Shown here: piece by piece, positions 19,069 through 28,766 of the stretch | How positions within the stretch are numbered: the stretch's first letter is position 1 | Layout of the letters: every line of letters starts with the position of its first letter | DNA from: Syntrophales bacterium | Lineage (GTDB): Bacteria; Desulfobacterota; Syntrophia; Syntrophales; UBA2192 | Assembly: GCA_036725345.1 (NCBI GenBank) | Contig: DAIMEJ010000003.1 | Coordinates: 25,553-89,552 of the forward strand | DNA: 64,000 bases | Direction of reading: 5' to 3' | The notes under the pieces: model-generated | Databases searched by the model: none | Seen by the model: only the letters and a program-made list of their open reading frames with translations | Told to the model about the DNA's origin: nothing | Translations under genes and position numbers: made by a program

Positions 19069-19512
19069 ATGTTTTGGCAGGATTTTGGACGATTTGGAAG
19101 AGGGTGGGACCCTTCACGGGACATAGAGAACCTTCGCAGGGAGATGAATCGACTTTTCACGACAACCAGCCCCCGGGAAGCGCCCGAATTTCCAGCCATG
19201 AACATCTGGGTTCGGGACAGCGACGCAATGGTGACGGCGGAGTTACCCGGCATCGACGCCAGGGATCTCGACATCTCGGTCATCGGTGACACGATGACCC
19301 TGAGCGGCAATCGGAAGGCCGATGTGTTGAAAGAAGGGGAGAGCTATCACCGGCAGGAGAGAGGGAGCGGTTCCTTCGCCAGGACGATGAGACTTCCGTT
19401 CAAAATTGAGGCGGACAAGGTTTCGGCGAAATACGAGCGCGGTGTCCTCCAGATCACGCTCCCCCGCGCCGAGGAGGATAAACCCAGGAAGATCCAGGTA
19501 AAATCCAAGTAG
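19069..19512 (+). CDS. Small heat shock protein (Hsp20/alpha-crystallin)
   Basis: PAMNIW, AELPG, LTLSG-like MTLSG, RQERGSGSFAR, YERGVLQITLP; AAAGGAGG SD. Confidence 0.93.
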   Translation: MFWQDFGRFGRGWDPSRDIENLRREMNRLFTTTSPREAPEFPAMNIWVRDSDAMVTAELPGIDARDLDISVIGDTMTLSGNRKADVLKEGESYHRQERGSGSFARTMRLPFKIEADKVSAKYERGVLQITLPRAEEDKPRKIQVKSK

Positions 19513-19530
19513 GAAAGGGAGGGTGATGAT

Positions 19531-19929
19531 ATGGCGAACAGGGATATGGAGAAACGCGAAGCACAGTCTCCTTCCGAGACGGAAAGAACGAGATCCCGGA
19601 GGGTTTACAGCCCCAGGGTGGATATCTATGAAGCCAAGGACGCCATCATGCTTGTGGCGGACATGCCGGGTGTCGACGAGAAGACCGTCGACATCACGCT
19701 GGATAAAAACATCCTGACGATCAGCGGCGCCGTCGAGCCCGACGCCTTCGAGGGGTATCAACTGGGATACAGCGAGTACGGGACGGGCGACTACCAGAGG
19801 TCTTTCACGGTTTCCGATGAGATCGACGGAGACAGGATTGCTGCCACCGTTAAAGACGGGGTTCTGCGCGTGACGCTGCCGAAGGCCGAAAAGGTCAGGG
19901 CAAGGAAGATCATTGTCAGAGCGGAATGA
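19531..19929 (+). CDS. Small heat shock protein (Hsp20)
   Basis: PRVDIYE, ADMPGV, YQRSF, KDGVLRVTLPK. Confidence 0.93.
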   Translation: MANRDMEKREAQSPSETERTRSRRVYSPRVDIYEAKDAIMLVADMPGVDEKTVDITLDKNILTISGAVEPDAFEGYQLGYSEYGTGDYQRSFTVSDEIDGDRIAATVKDGVLRVTLPKAEKVRARKIIVRAE

Positions 19930-19954
19930 AAGCGAAAAGAAGGAGGTGCCCATC

Positions 19955-20455
19955 ATGGATAAAAAGATTCGAGACTTTGTACCCGCCGTCCAGGGCGGGC
20001 GAACATCTGAAGAGCAGATGCCGTTGCAATCCCTGCAGCGGCAGGTCAACCGGCTCTTCGACGACTTCTTCGGCAGCTTCGATCTCAGGCCCTTTACCGC
20101 GATGGGACGCGCCGGTGAATTCACCCCCCGTGTCGACGTCAGGGAAAGCGACAAGGCATTGACCGTCACGGCCGAGCTTCCGGGCATGGACGAAAAGGAT
20201 CTGGACGTGTTGCTGTCGGAGGATTCCCTGACCATCAAAGGGGAGAAGAGGCATGAGAAGGAGGAAAAGAGCGAGAACTACTACCGCATGGAAAGGTCTT
20301 ACGGCGCTTTCCACCGGGTGATTTCCCTGCCGAAGGAAATTGACGTGAAGAAGGTCGAGGCGAGCTTCACAAAGGGTATCCTGACCGTAAACCTTCCCAA
20401 GACGGCCAGGGCCAAGGAGAAAACGAAGAAAGTCCCCATCAAGACGGGGAAATAA
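19955..20455 (+). CDS. Small heat shock protein (Hsp20)
   Basis: NRLFDDFF, PRVDVRE, AELPGM, ERSYGAFHR, KGILTVNLPK; AAGGAGG SD. Confidence 0.93.
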   Translation: MDKKIRDFVPAVQGGRTSEEQMPLQSLQRQVNRLFDDFFGSFDLRPFTAMGRAGEFTPRVDVRESDKALTVTAELPGMDEKDLDVLLSEDSLTIKGEKRHEKEEKSENYYRMERSYGAFHRVISLPKEIDVKKVEASFTKGILTVNLPKTARAKEKTKKVPIKTGK

Positions 20456-20465
20456 ACCACCCCCC

Positions 20466-20494
20466 CGGCATCGCCCTGCGGTGCCGTTTTTTTT
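20466..20494 (+). terminator. Intrinsic terminator after Hsp20 operon
   Basis: CGGCATCGC-cct-GCGGTGCCG then 8 T. Confidence 0.8.
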
Positions 20495-20507
20495 GACCGG
20501 GTTTTCT

Positions 20508-21281
20508 TCAGGACGGGATGTCGAAGGACAGGAGGTCCCGCGCCAGAACGAGGGGGCCCGAGTAGTTCTTCCGGCACTGCCCTTCCATGTCCGCGGCATC
20601 GCATTCCGGGTAAAAGTGGGTCAGCACGAGTTTTCTGACGCCGGCGTGGCTCGCGATTTCTCCGGCAAGGGAAGGCGTCAGGTGTCCCTTGACCTTCTGT
20701 TCGTCGGGGAGGGCGCTTTCGCAGATGAAGAGATCCGCACCCTTCGCGAGTTCAATCAGATTTCCGCAACCGTCGGTGTCCCCCGAATAGACAACGCAGT
20801 ACCCTCCCGGCAGCTGTACCCGGTAGCCGATGCTGCTTGCGATATGGTTCACGGGCAGGCTGAAGATCTCGAAATTCTCCAGACGGAGCCGGTCCGGGCC
20901 GGAAGCACTCAATTCGGTGATCCGCATCAAACCATGCTCCAGGATGATCCACTCACCGTAGACCGCCTTTAATTTTTCGTAAAACTCGAGAAGGCCGCGT
21001 GCGCCGATGACCCGGATGGGAGTTCTTCGCCGGTAGGTTTCGGGGTACTTCGTGGCGAAGAGGAATGAGACAAACTCCCCCGTGTGGTCAGGATGCAGGT
21101 GGCTGAAGAGGAGATGGGTCACCTCGGAGACGGCCACCCCGGCCTCCAGGAGCCGCCTCATGGTCCCGGCCCCCAGATCGAAAACAATCTTTGATTCCCC
21201 GTACTCGATGAGGACCGAGCAGGAGCTCCTGAGAAGGGAGGGAACAACCGTTCCCGATCCGAGGATGGTCACCCTGTTCAT
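20508..21281 (-). CDS. MBL-fold metallo-hydrolase (RNase Z/BN-like)
   Basis: LGSGT, DLGAG, SHLHPDH, YSGDT, HLT, LVLTHFY. Confidence 0.88.
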   Translation of the reverse strand: MNRVTILGSGTVVPSLLRSSCSVLIEYGESKIVFDLGAGTMRRLLEAGVAVSEVTHLLFSHLHPDHTGEFVSFLFATKYPETYRRRTPIRVIGARGLLEFYEKLKAVYGEWIILEHGLMRITELSASGPDRLRLENFEIFSLPVNHIASSIGYRVQLPGGYCVVYSGDTDGCGNLIELAKGADLFICESALPDEQKVKGHLTPSLAGEIASHAGVRKLVLTHFYPECDAADMEGQCRKNYSGPLVLARDLLSFDIPS

Positions 21282-21360
21282 TCCCGTGTCCCTATGTATC
21301 TATGAAACGTTCTCGCAACCGATGACGGCGCCTTGAGGCGCAGCAAGGAACCGGGCTGCC

Positions 21361-21759
21361 TCAAGGCGTCGGGTGCACTTTGATGAGGATCCGCCTCGTC
21401 CTGGGACCGTCGAATTCGCAGAAGAAGACGGACTGCCAGGTCCCGAGAACGAGTTCCCCCTTCTCTATGAAAATCTGTTCGGAGGCCCCGACGAGGGAGG
21501 CCTTGATGTGAGCGGCCGCATTGCCTTCGATATGCCTGTAATTATCGTGGAGGGGGATGACCCTGTCCAACGCCGTCAGGATGTCCCTCGGGACATCAGG
21601 ATCGGCATTTTCATTGATCGTCACGGCGGCCGTCGTGTGAGGGACAAAGACAGAGCAAAGGCCGCTGGACACGCGGCTTTCCCTCACTGCCTTTCTCACG
21701 TCGTCCGTAATGTCCACCATCTGGAATCTGGCTGTTGTACGTATCGATAGGTTTTTCAT
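21361..21759 (-). CDS. yjbQ: YjbQ/UPF0047 family protein
   Basis: PHTTAAVTINENADPDV, HIEGNAAAHIKASL, LGTWQSVFFCEFDGPR. Confidence 0.92.
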   Translation of the reverse strand: MKNLSIRTTARFQMVDITDDVRKAVRESRVSSGLCSVFVPHTTAAVTINENADPDVPRDILTALDRVIPLHDNYRHIEGNAAAHIKASLVGASEQIFIEKGELVLGTWQSVFFCEFDGPRTRRILIKVHPTP

Positions 21760-22098
21760 GGCCCCCCCGTATTGCCCGGCGACCGGGATCATTACTTAGC
21801 CCATGGAAGCGGCTCTATTTCATTTAGTAAAAAGGGGGACTTTTTTCAAGCTAAAGTCAGTCAGGGTTATCGACGGCCCGGAGTCAAAAATTCGTATTCT
21901 TTTCAGGAGATTGACGGAGCATCTTCCGTGTGTATTCCACTCCCCTCTTCTCCGTTTTTTGCGCCCCTCTTTTTAAAGGGGGGAAAGATATTTTTTATTG
22001 TAATAATATCAACATATTGGACTTATGGTGGTCGAGTTTTCTCTGTGTGATGATGGATCGTCAAGGAAGCGGCAGCTTTTCGGGAGGTGAGATTGCTC

Positions 22099-22114
22099 TG
22101 GCACGCAATCTGCT
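22099..22114 (+). promoter_or_regulatory. Putative sigma-54 (-24/-12) promoter of the pilus assembly operon
   Basis: TGGCACG-CAAT-CTGCT versus consensus TGGCACG-N4-TTGCW; 283 nt upstream of the pilMN start. Confidence 0.55.
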
Positions 22115-22396
22115 TCTTTACTTCGAGACCTTCGAAATTTCTTCAAAAATTGGAGATGTAAGCTTCAGAATTAGGAAGTTGAAAAGCATAAATAATATCT
22201 TGTGGTTTCCCCGTGGGGATGCGGGGAAAAGTGGTCGGTTTTCCCCCGGTGACGGCGAAGAGTGGGTCTGCATTAAAAATTCTTGACAAATGTGATTAAT
22301 TAGATAATGTTTTCCAATATTTTGGTCGGTTTCACTTTTTGTTGAACGCAGGAAGTTATTCCATCCCTGGAATAAAGGGGCAGTGACCGAACTGGG

Positions 22397-24289
22397 ATGA
22401 CTATGAAATCGGATCGAGAAATCTCTTCGACAGAGAAACTGCTGGACATCATTCGCGGAAAAAAGGATTCCGGCATTGAAATAACGGATGATGCGATCAG
22501 GGTTAAACCGAAGAGGCCTTCCCTGAAGGCGTTCCGTTTCAGGCCCTTCGATTCCAAAGTAACCGTGGGTGTTGATATCGGGAGCCAGAGCCTCCGGATG
22601 GTTAAAATCCAGGAGACCGCCGAAAATCAGTGGAAGTTGGTTGATTACCGATCCGTACCGCTCCCGAAGGCATCGGTCGGCTCTTTCGAATTTACAGGCT
22701 TTGTCAAGTCGGAGCTCAACAAGTTCTGCGGGACCCCCAAGAATCTCAAGGTCTGGAGTCTTATTCCCTCCTCAAAAGTCGATGTCCGGTTCATCAAGAT
22801 ACCGAAGGTTCCGCCGAAACAGGTGGAAAACGCCGTCTACTGGACCGTGAAAAAGGAGGTCACTTTCGAGGACAACGAGACCATCCTCGATTACGATGTC
22901 CAGGGGGACATCACCGAGCAGGGTGTTCAGAAACTCTCCGTCCTGGTCCACACGACACCCCGCTCCGAGGTGCAGTCCGTCCAGGATCTCTTCTCCGACG
23001 CGGGTTACCATCTGGCCGGGGTCACCATCGCCCCCTTTGCCATCCAGAATCTCTTCCGGACCGAGTGGGTCCCGGTCGTGGGGGATGTGACGGCCAGTCT
23101 CTACATCGGCAGGGACTGGTCACGCATCGACATGTACACGAAGGGCAACCTGGTGCTGACACGCGGGATAAAGGCGGGGCTCAACAGCATGGTCGAGGCG
23201 CTCGTTGAGACCTACAATGAGAAGATCAAGAAAGCCCCGGCTGAGAGGGATGCCCTGACGAAGACCGACAGGGGCTTGACGACGGAACAGGCGCATAAGC
23301 TTCTCATGAGCCTCAACCCGGATGCCCCGCCGCTGGGTCGTGAGGACGCCGGGCATCAGCTAAAGGAAGAGGAAATCTTCTCCATGATCCTGCCTGCCAT
23401 CGAGCGGCTCGTCAGGCAGGTCGAGAGGACCTTTGCGAACGTCGGTGCGGAGAGAGTCGGCAAGATCTACATCGCCGGCGTCATCGACGGTTACAAGCCG
23501 CTGGTCGACTACATCGGCGATCAACTGGGGATCGAAAGCGGGATCATGGATGTCCTGTCTCCGGACAACCCCTCCATCTACGACGTCAACCCCCCGGCTT
23601 CCGTTTCGGAGAGGGTCGCTTTTGCGCCGGCCGTGGGGCTGGCATTGTCGGACAACACGCGCACGCCCAACCTCATCTTCACGTACAAAGCCAAGGAGAA
23701 GATGGTCAAGGTGACCCGGGTCAACCGCGTCATTATGATGGGTAGTTTACTTTTTATCCTGCTGGGAACGGGCGCCTTCTACTGGCAGTTCCACCTGGCG
23801 GATCAGAAAAAAGCAACCTATGAAAGCCTCGGGAAGGAACTGGACCGCTACAACCCGAGAATCGACAAAAACTTCATCCTTCAAATCGCCACCAAGGTGA
23901 AGCAGGAACAGGGGGTCACCAGGAGCTACAGTGAAAGGTACCTCGGGATGGCGGTCATCAGCGAACTCTCGACCCTCACCCCCTCCCATATCCGGCTGCT
24001 CAAGTTGAGAACGGATATGGTACCCCTCCCCGCCGCGAATAATCCCGCGGTCGCCCCCAAAAAGGAGCCCGCCAAGGAAGTCGAGAAGGTGAGAAACGTG
24101 GAGGTCGAGGGCATCGTCCTGGGCGATCGGGCCAAGCTGGAAAGCCTCCTCTCGTCCTACGTGCTCAAGTTGCAGAGTTCCCCCCTGTTCAAGGACACCA
24201 AGGTTCAGAAAACCAGCGTTGAGTCCTATTACTTGAACAAGGGGCAGAGCGAGGTTCTGCGGTTCAACCTGACGGTCAAAGTGATTTAG
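22397..24289 (+). CDS. Type IV pilus assembly protein, PilM (actin-like) fused to PilN (TM + periplasmic domain)
   Basis: VGVDIGS actin-like phosphate loop, PilM-like core to ~aa 420, NL-containing linker TPNLIF, single TM, PilN-like C-term (VEGIV...LQSSPLF...FNLTVKV). Confidence 0.8.
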   Translation: MTMKSDREISSTEKLLDIIRGKKDSGIEITDDAIRVKPKRPSLKAFRFRPFDSKVTVGVDIGSQSLRMVKIQETAENQWKLVDYRSVPLPKASVGSFEFTGFVKSELNKFCGTPKNLKVWSLIPSSKVDVRFIKIPKVPPKQVENAVYWTVKKEVTFEDNETILDYDVQGDITEQGVQKLSVLVHTTPRSEVQSVQDLFSDAGYHLAGVTIAPFAIQNLFRTEWVPVVGDVTASLYIGRDWSRIDMYTKGNLVLTRGIKAGLNSMVEALVETYNEKIKKAPAERDALTKTDRGLTTEQAHKLLMSLNPDAPPLGREDAGHQLKEEEIFSMILPAIERLVRQVERTFANVGAERVGKIYIAGVIDGYKPLVDYIGDQLGIESGIMDVLSPDNPSIYDVNPPASVSERVAFAPAVGLALSDNTRTPNLIFTYKAKEKMVKVTRVNRVIMMGSLLFILLGTGAFYWQFHLADQKKATYESLGKELDRYNPRIDKNFILQIATKVKQEQGVTRSYSERYLGMAVISELSTLTPSHIRLLKLRTDMVPLPAANNPAVAPKKEPAKEVEKVRNVEVEGIVLGDRAKLESLLSSYVLKLQSSPLFKDTKVQKTSVESYYLNKGQSEVLRFNLTVKVI

Positions 24290-24297
24290 GTCGGCGC

Positions 24298-24831
24298 ATG
24301 AAGCCAAAGGAAATATTTGAAACGTTGAAAGGAAGCTTCTCTTCCCTGCTGGTCGGGGTGATCATCATCGTGATCTTCCTGGTCATTGGCTTTTACAACG
24401 TCCGGTCCCTGAACGATCTGGACCGTGACGTCCAGAAAATCAAGGCTGATATCGAGGAACAGCGCATCATGGCGCCTCTCTATAATGATCTCATCGAGAA
24501 GATCAAGGTCAAGACGAAGAAGCATTTGCCCTTCCCCGCCAAAGCCAAGTTGCCCAGGGAACAACACGAGCAGATTACGTCGATATTCGGGGAACTGGCG
24601 AAGAGGGCCAACCTCGAGGTCGTTTCCATCACACCGGATGTCAATTCACTGGCGGGGGGATCCGGCCTGCTGGTGGTCAACGCGGCTTTAAAAGGGGATT
24701 TCTTCAATTTCAGGAATTATCTGATTGAGCTAGGAAACGTGCCTTACCTGGAGCATCTGGGAGAAATCCAGATACAGACCATTCCGGGCGGCAGAGAGTT
24801 CCACCTCAAATTGTGGGTGTCCGTGGGATGA
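24298..24831 (+). CDS. PilO-like inner membrane alignment protein
   Basis: N-terminal TM, coiled coil, ferredoxin-like C-term (LKGDFFNFRNYLIEL); position after pilMN. Confidence 0.7.
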   Translation: MKPKEIFETLKGSFSSLLVGVIIIVIFLVIGFYNVRSLNDLDRDVQKIKADIEEQRIMAPLYNDLIEKIKVKTKKHLPFPAKAKLPREQHEQITSIFGELAKRANLEVVSITPDVNSLAGGSGLLVVNAALKGDFFNFRNYLIELGNVPYLEHLGEIQIQTIPGGREFHLKLWVSVG

Positions 24832-24901
24832 TGGATCGAACAGGGGGATCTTTTGTTGATCGGGGTCCGGGGCAACCCCGTCGTCTGCCGGGGCTGATGG
24901 A

Positions 24902-25399
24902 ATGAAAAAACGGGAAAGGATCATTCTGGCCGTCATGTTCGCGTGCATCCTGTTCGCCGGCTATTATTTTTTCCTCTCGGGAGCGGGACCGGGGGCCCCG
25001 AAGGTGGCCGTGACCGGCGGCAAGCCCGCGGATTCGGCGAAGATGATGGCGGAGATCGCCAACAGCCTGAAGAAAGACCCGGCGACGGAACCGGATGCCT
25101 ATGTGATCGCGCGGGCGGAAACCAACTGGGAGACGGACCCTTTCTACAAGGGGGTCCTCGCCTCTGCAAAGGACAAATCGGCCGGGGCGGGAAAGGGTCC
25201 GGATATCGTCTACTCCGGTTTTGTGGACCTGGGGGTGAAACGGATAGCCGTCATCAACGGCAACCCTTATGAGGTGGGTGACAAGCTCGAATTAGCGGGC
25301 TCCTATTATGTGAGGCAGATCGACTCGACCAGGGTCGTCGTCGTAGACAGGGAACAGAGCAGAAATATCACCATCCCGTTGAAGGACGAGACTTTTTAA
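24902..25399 (+). CDS. PilP/GspC-like pilus accessory protein
   Basis: N-terminal TM; DPF motif; beta-domain YSGFVD...AVING..YEVGD; position before secretin. Confidence 0.6.
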   Translation: MKKRERIILAVMFACILFAGYYFFLSGAGPGAPKVAVTGGKPADSAKMMAEIANSLKKDPATEPDAYVIARAETNWETDPFYKGVLASAKDKSAGAGKGPDIVYSGFVDLGVKRIAVINGNPYEVGDKLELAGSYYVRQIDSTRVVVVDREQSRNITIPLKDETF

Positions 25400-25410
25400 G
25401 GAGAAAAGCC

Positions 25411-27066
25411 TTGAACTTGACAAGACTGAAAAAAAGAACCTGGTGTTGGGTCTTTGTAGTCGGCCTGGGCCTCATTATTTCATGTTCCGCCCCGGCAACC
25501 GATATTAAGAAGGACCCGTTTTTTGAGAAATGGGGCACCCTTGCCGATCAATCCAAGGGGCAATCGCCGACGGCCAGGGAACGAGTCATCGAGACGCCGC
25601 CGATGGGACCCGACGAGATTGCAGAGCAGCAGGTCATGGCGACAAGGGACCGGCCTCTTCCCACCAAGCGGGTCAGCCTCAGGATGCACAACGTGGACAT
25701 CAACGTCATCCTGCGGGCCATGGCGCAGGCCGCCAACCAGAACATCCTGATCAAATCCGGCGTCAAGGGCCAGAGCAGCATTCACATCAATAACGAGCCC
25801 TGGGACGAGGCTTTCAAGGGCATCCTGAGGACCAACGGGCTGGTCTACACCTGGGAGGGGAACATCATCCGGGTGATGACGGTGGAGGACATGGAGCACG
25901 ACATCAAGCTGGCGTCCACCGTGGACAGGCGGCGGGCCCAGAAGCTCGTCACCATGGTCATGAATGTCGATTTCGCCGACGCCGGCAAGTTGAAGGAGAG
26001 CGTGAAAGAATTTCTGACGAAGGAAAAGGACGGGAAGCCTCGCGGATCCGTCACGGTGGACGAGCACACGAATTCCCTGATTATCCAGGCCACCCGGGAT
26101 GACCTCGAGCGGATCAAGCCCATGCTCTCGAAGCTGGACAAGCCCATACCCCAGATCACGATCAAGGCCAACATCGTCGAGGCGACGAAGGACACGGCCC
26201 GCGACCTGGGTGTGCAGTGGGGCGGCATTTACGGAAACACCGTCAACAGCAAACAGTACTTCGTCACGCCCGGCGGTTCCGGGGGCACGGCAGGGACCAA
26301 CCCGCTCACCGGGTCCTACACCCCGACCTTCGGCCAGACCGGGATCGGCGGGCAGGGGAACGCCGTGAATTTCCCTGTCAGCGCTGAAGCGATCGCCGCG
26401 GCCGGGGGCTCCGGCTCCCTGGGGCTCATATTCGGGACCATCGGCGGCAGTTTTCTTGAAGTGCAGCTGCAGGCCCTCCAGACGGACGGGAAGCTGAACA
26501 TCCTCTCGAGCCCCTCCATCACGACCCTCGACAACCAGACGGCCTACACCGAAAACGGTGAACGGGTCCCCTATGTGGCGACCAGTTCGACGGGGGGGAC
26601 GGTCACGCAGGAGGTGAGATTCGAAGACGCCGTCCTTCGACTCGAGGTGACACCGCATGTGATCGACGGCAAGAACCTGAAGATGAAGATCAAGGTGAAG
26701 AAGGACGAGGTGGACACCACCCGGACCGTCCAGGGGAACCCCTACATCATCAAGAAACAAACGGAAAGCACGCTCATCGTGCAGGACGGGGAGACCATCG
26801 TCATCTCCGGTCTCACGAAACAGACAATCCTCGGCAGCAATTCGGGCATTCCCGGTGTGAAGGATATCCCCGGTCTCGGCTGGCTCTTTTCGACGGATTC
26901 GACGTCGAATCAGTTCCAGGAAGTCCTCGTGTTCATCACGCCGCACATCCTGAAAACGCAGGTAGCGGGCGGGGCCCCGAAGACGGAGGTGCCGTCGGAA
27001 GCACCCCCCTTGCCGGAAAATCCGGTCAAATCCGGTGAGGCCCCCTCGAAACAAATAAAGGAATGA
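25411..27066 (+). CDS. pilQ: Type IV pilus secretin (PilQ family, short, lipoprotein-like)
   Basis: STN/N-domain, ITIKANIVEA, DLGVQW, LSSPSITTLDNQTA, LRLEVTPHV, VQDGETIVISGL, IPGLGWLF, FITPHI; LIISC possible lipobox. Confidence 0.9.
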   Translation: MNLTRLKKRTWCWVFVVGLGLIISCSAPATDIKKDPFFEKWGTLADQSKGQSPTARERVIETPPMGPDEIAEQQVMATRDRPLPTKRVSLRMHNVDINVILRAMAQAANQNILIKSGVKGQSSIHINNEPWDEAFKGILRTNGLVYTWEGNIIRVMTVEDMEHDIKLASTVDRRRAQKLVTMVMNVDFADAGKLKESVKEFLTKEKDGKPRGSVTVDEHTNSLIIQATRDDLERIKPMLSKLDKPIPQITIKANIVEATKDTARDLGVQWGGIYGNTVNSKQYFVTPGGSGGTAGTNPLTGSYTPTFGQTGIGGQGNAVNFPVSAEAIAAAGGSGSLGLIFGTIGGSFLEVQLQALQTDGKLNILSSPSITTLDNQTAYTENGERVPYVATSSTGGTVTQEVRFEDAVLRLEVTPHVIDGKNLKMKIKVKKDEVDTTRTVQGNPYIIKKQTESTLIVQDGETIVISGLTKQTILGSNSGIPGVKDIPGLGWLFSTDSTSNQFQEVLVFITPHILKTQVAGGAPKTEVPSEAPPLPENPVKSGEAPSKQIKE

Positions 27067-28763
27067 GTTACTACAGACTGTTAGAGTTGAATAGAGAGCC
27101 CTTTTCCAACTCGCCCGAGCCTGATCTTTTTTATCAAGCCCCTCAGCACGTCCAGTGCCTGCAAAAGCTCGAGATTTCCATCCGGCTCCGCCGGGGCCTC
27201 AACGTTGTCATGGGTGACGTGGGAACGGGGAAGACCACCCTTTCACGGATGCTCATTCGGAAGTTCCGCGGTGAGGGCAATGTCGAGATGTTTCTTGTTC
27301 TCGATCCCGACTTTGGCAGCGCCCTAGAGTTTCTCGTCGCCGTCGCCCGGTTGTTCGGGGTCTATACGCGCGAGGCGGCGTCGAGCGAGTGGCAGCTCAA
27401 GGAAAACATCAAGGACTATCTGTTCCACCAGGCAATCCAAAAAGACCGAATTATCGTGCTGATCATCGACGAGGGTCAGAGACTTCCGCCTTTTTGCATC
27501 GAATTGCTGAGAGAGTTGCTCAATTACGAGACCAACACGTCCAAGCTCCTCCAGATCGTCGTCTTCGCCCAGAAGGAATTCAAGAAAACCCTCGATGAAC
27601 ACGCCAATTTCGCCGACCGCGTGAACGTCTGTCACGTCATGAACCCGCTCAATTTCGGCCAGACGCGGGCCATGATCCGGTTTCGGATCGACAGGGCCAG
27701 CGAGGCCGGGAAAAACCCGATTCTCTTCACCGCGCCGGCGCTGTGGGCGGTGTACAGGGCCACGGGCGGGTACCCTAGGAAGATCATGATGCTCGGTCAC
27801 CAGATTCTCCTGAAGATGATCGTTGAGGACCGGAAGCGGGCCGACTGGTCGCTCGTGCGATCATGCATCAAAGACACGGCGCCGGTGAGGCCCGTTGTCA
27901 GGACATGGCGGCTCGCCCTCGTCCCCGCCTGTATCGCCTTTGCGGCCCTCGTCCTCGGGTTGACCTTTGAAAAACCGTCGACCTGGCTGACGAGGGCGGT
28001 GCAGGAATCCGGCATCACCGCGCTTTACAGGGGTGCGCCGGGCCCGGGGACTCCTGCTGTTGAACCGGCCGTGGACGGCGACGGAAAGGGGCAGGTGCTT
28101 CGGGAGGCGTCCCTTGAAAACCTGCCTGCGACAGCGCCTTCAGCGGGGGACGTACCCCGCGATTCGAGTACCGGGCTGAAAGAGGACCCCCGGGGAACGG
28201 CGGAGAAACCGTCGGCGAGACTTGCCCTGGATATGCCTGCGGTTCCCATACCGCCTCCTTCGGCCGCCTCTTTGCGGGAAAAAGAAATACCCGAATCGCT
28301 GGGGCGGATCACCGTAAAGAAGAAAAATGCCTGCATGCAGGTCCTCCGGCAGCTCTACGGTTCATCGGCCGAGACGCACCTGGAGGGTCTTTCAAAGGCC
28401 AACGTGAAGTTTAAGGACATCAGCAAGGTCAAGGTCGGGGACACGATCCGCTTTCCGGCCCTCCCGGCCCCGTCGAGGCCCGATCAGCATGCGGCCTACT
28501 GGGTGCAGCTCGTGGAGATGGAAACACTGGAAGATGCGTATGAGTACGTCAATCATTACACGGCCCGCGTGGCCCGGACCAGGATACTTCCTTTCTGGAG
28601 CCGCGAGGGAGGGCTGCGGTTCTCCGTCCTTCTGGGAGAAGGTTTCAACCATGAAGGGTCGGCCCGGAGGGCGATGAGGAATCTTCCGCAGAAAATCGCC
28701 GCATCCGCCGAGATCGTCAGTGACTGGGGCGAGGGAACCGTGTTTTTCGCCGATCTGGGATGA
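27063..28763 (+). CDS. ExeA/GspA/MshM-like AAA+ ATPase with TM and periplasmic LysM-like and SPOR-like domains
   Basis: REPFSNSP, GDVGTGKT, IIDEGQ, TGGYPRKI; TM at ~aa 285; KVKVGDTIRFP (LysM-like); YWVQL...FSVLLG (SPOR-like). Confidence 0.82.
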   Translation: MSYYRLLELNREPFSNSPEPDLFYQAPQHVQCLQKLEISIRLRRGLNVVMGDVGTGKTTLSRMLIRKFRGEGNVEMFLVLDPDFGSALEFLVAVARLFGVYTREAASSEWQLKENIKDYLFHQAIQKDRIIVLIIDEGQRLPPFCIELLRELLNYETNTSKLLQIVVFAQKEFKKTLDEHANFADRVNVCHVMNPLNFGQTRAMIRFRIDRASEAGKNPILFTAPALWAVYRATGGYPRKIMMLGHQILLKMIVEDRKRADWSLVRSCIKDTAPVRPVVRTWRLALVPACIAFAALVLGLTFEKPSTWLTRAVQESGITALYRGAPGPGTPAVEPAVDGDGKGQVLREASLENLPATAPSAGDVPRDSSTGLKEDPRGTAEKPSARLALDMPAVPIPPPSAASLREKEIPESLGRITVKKKNACMQVLRQLYGSSAETHLEGLSKANVKFKDISKVKVGDTIRFPALPAPSRPDQHAAYWVQLVEMETLEDAYEYVNHYTARVARTRILPFWSREGGLRFSVLLGEGFNHEGSARRAMRNLPQKIAASAEIVSDWGEGTVFFADLG

Positions 28764-28766
28764 CAC

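Noticed and set aside
21930-22286. 118-aa ORF in the yjbQ-pilM intergenic region
   Set aside because: AT-rich promoter-like DNA with atypical codon use, no SD and no motif; it overlaps the predicted sigma-54 site
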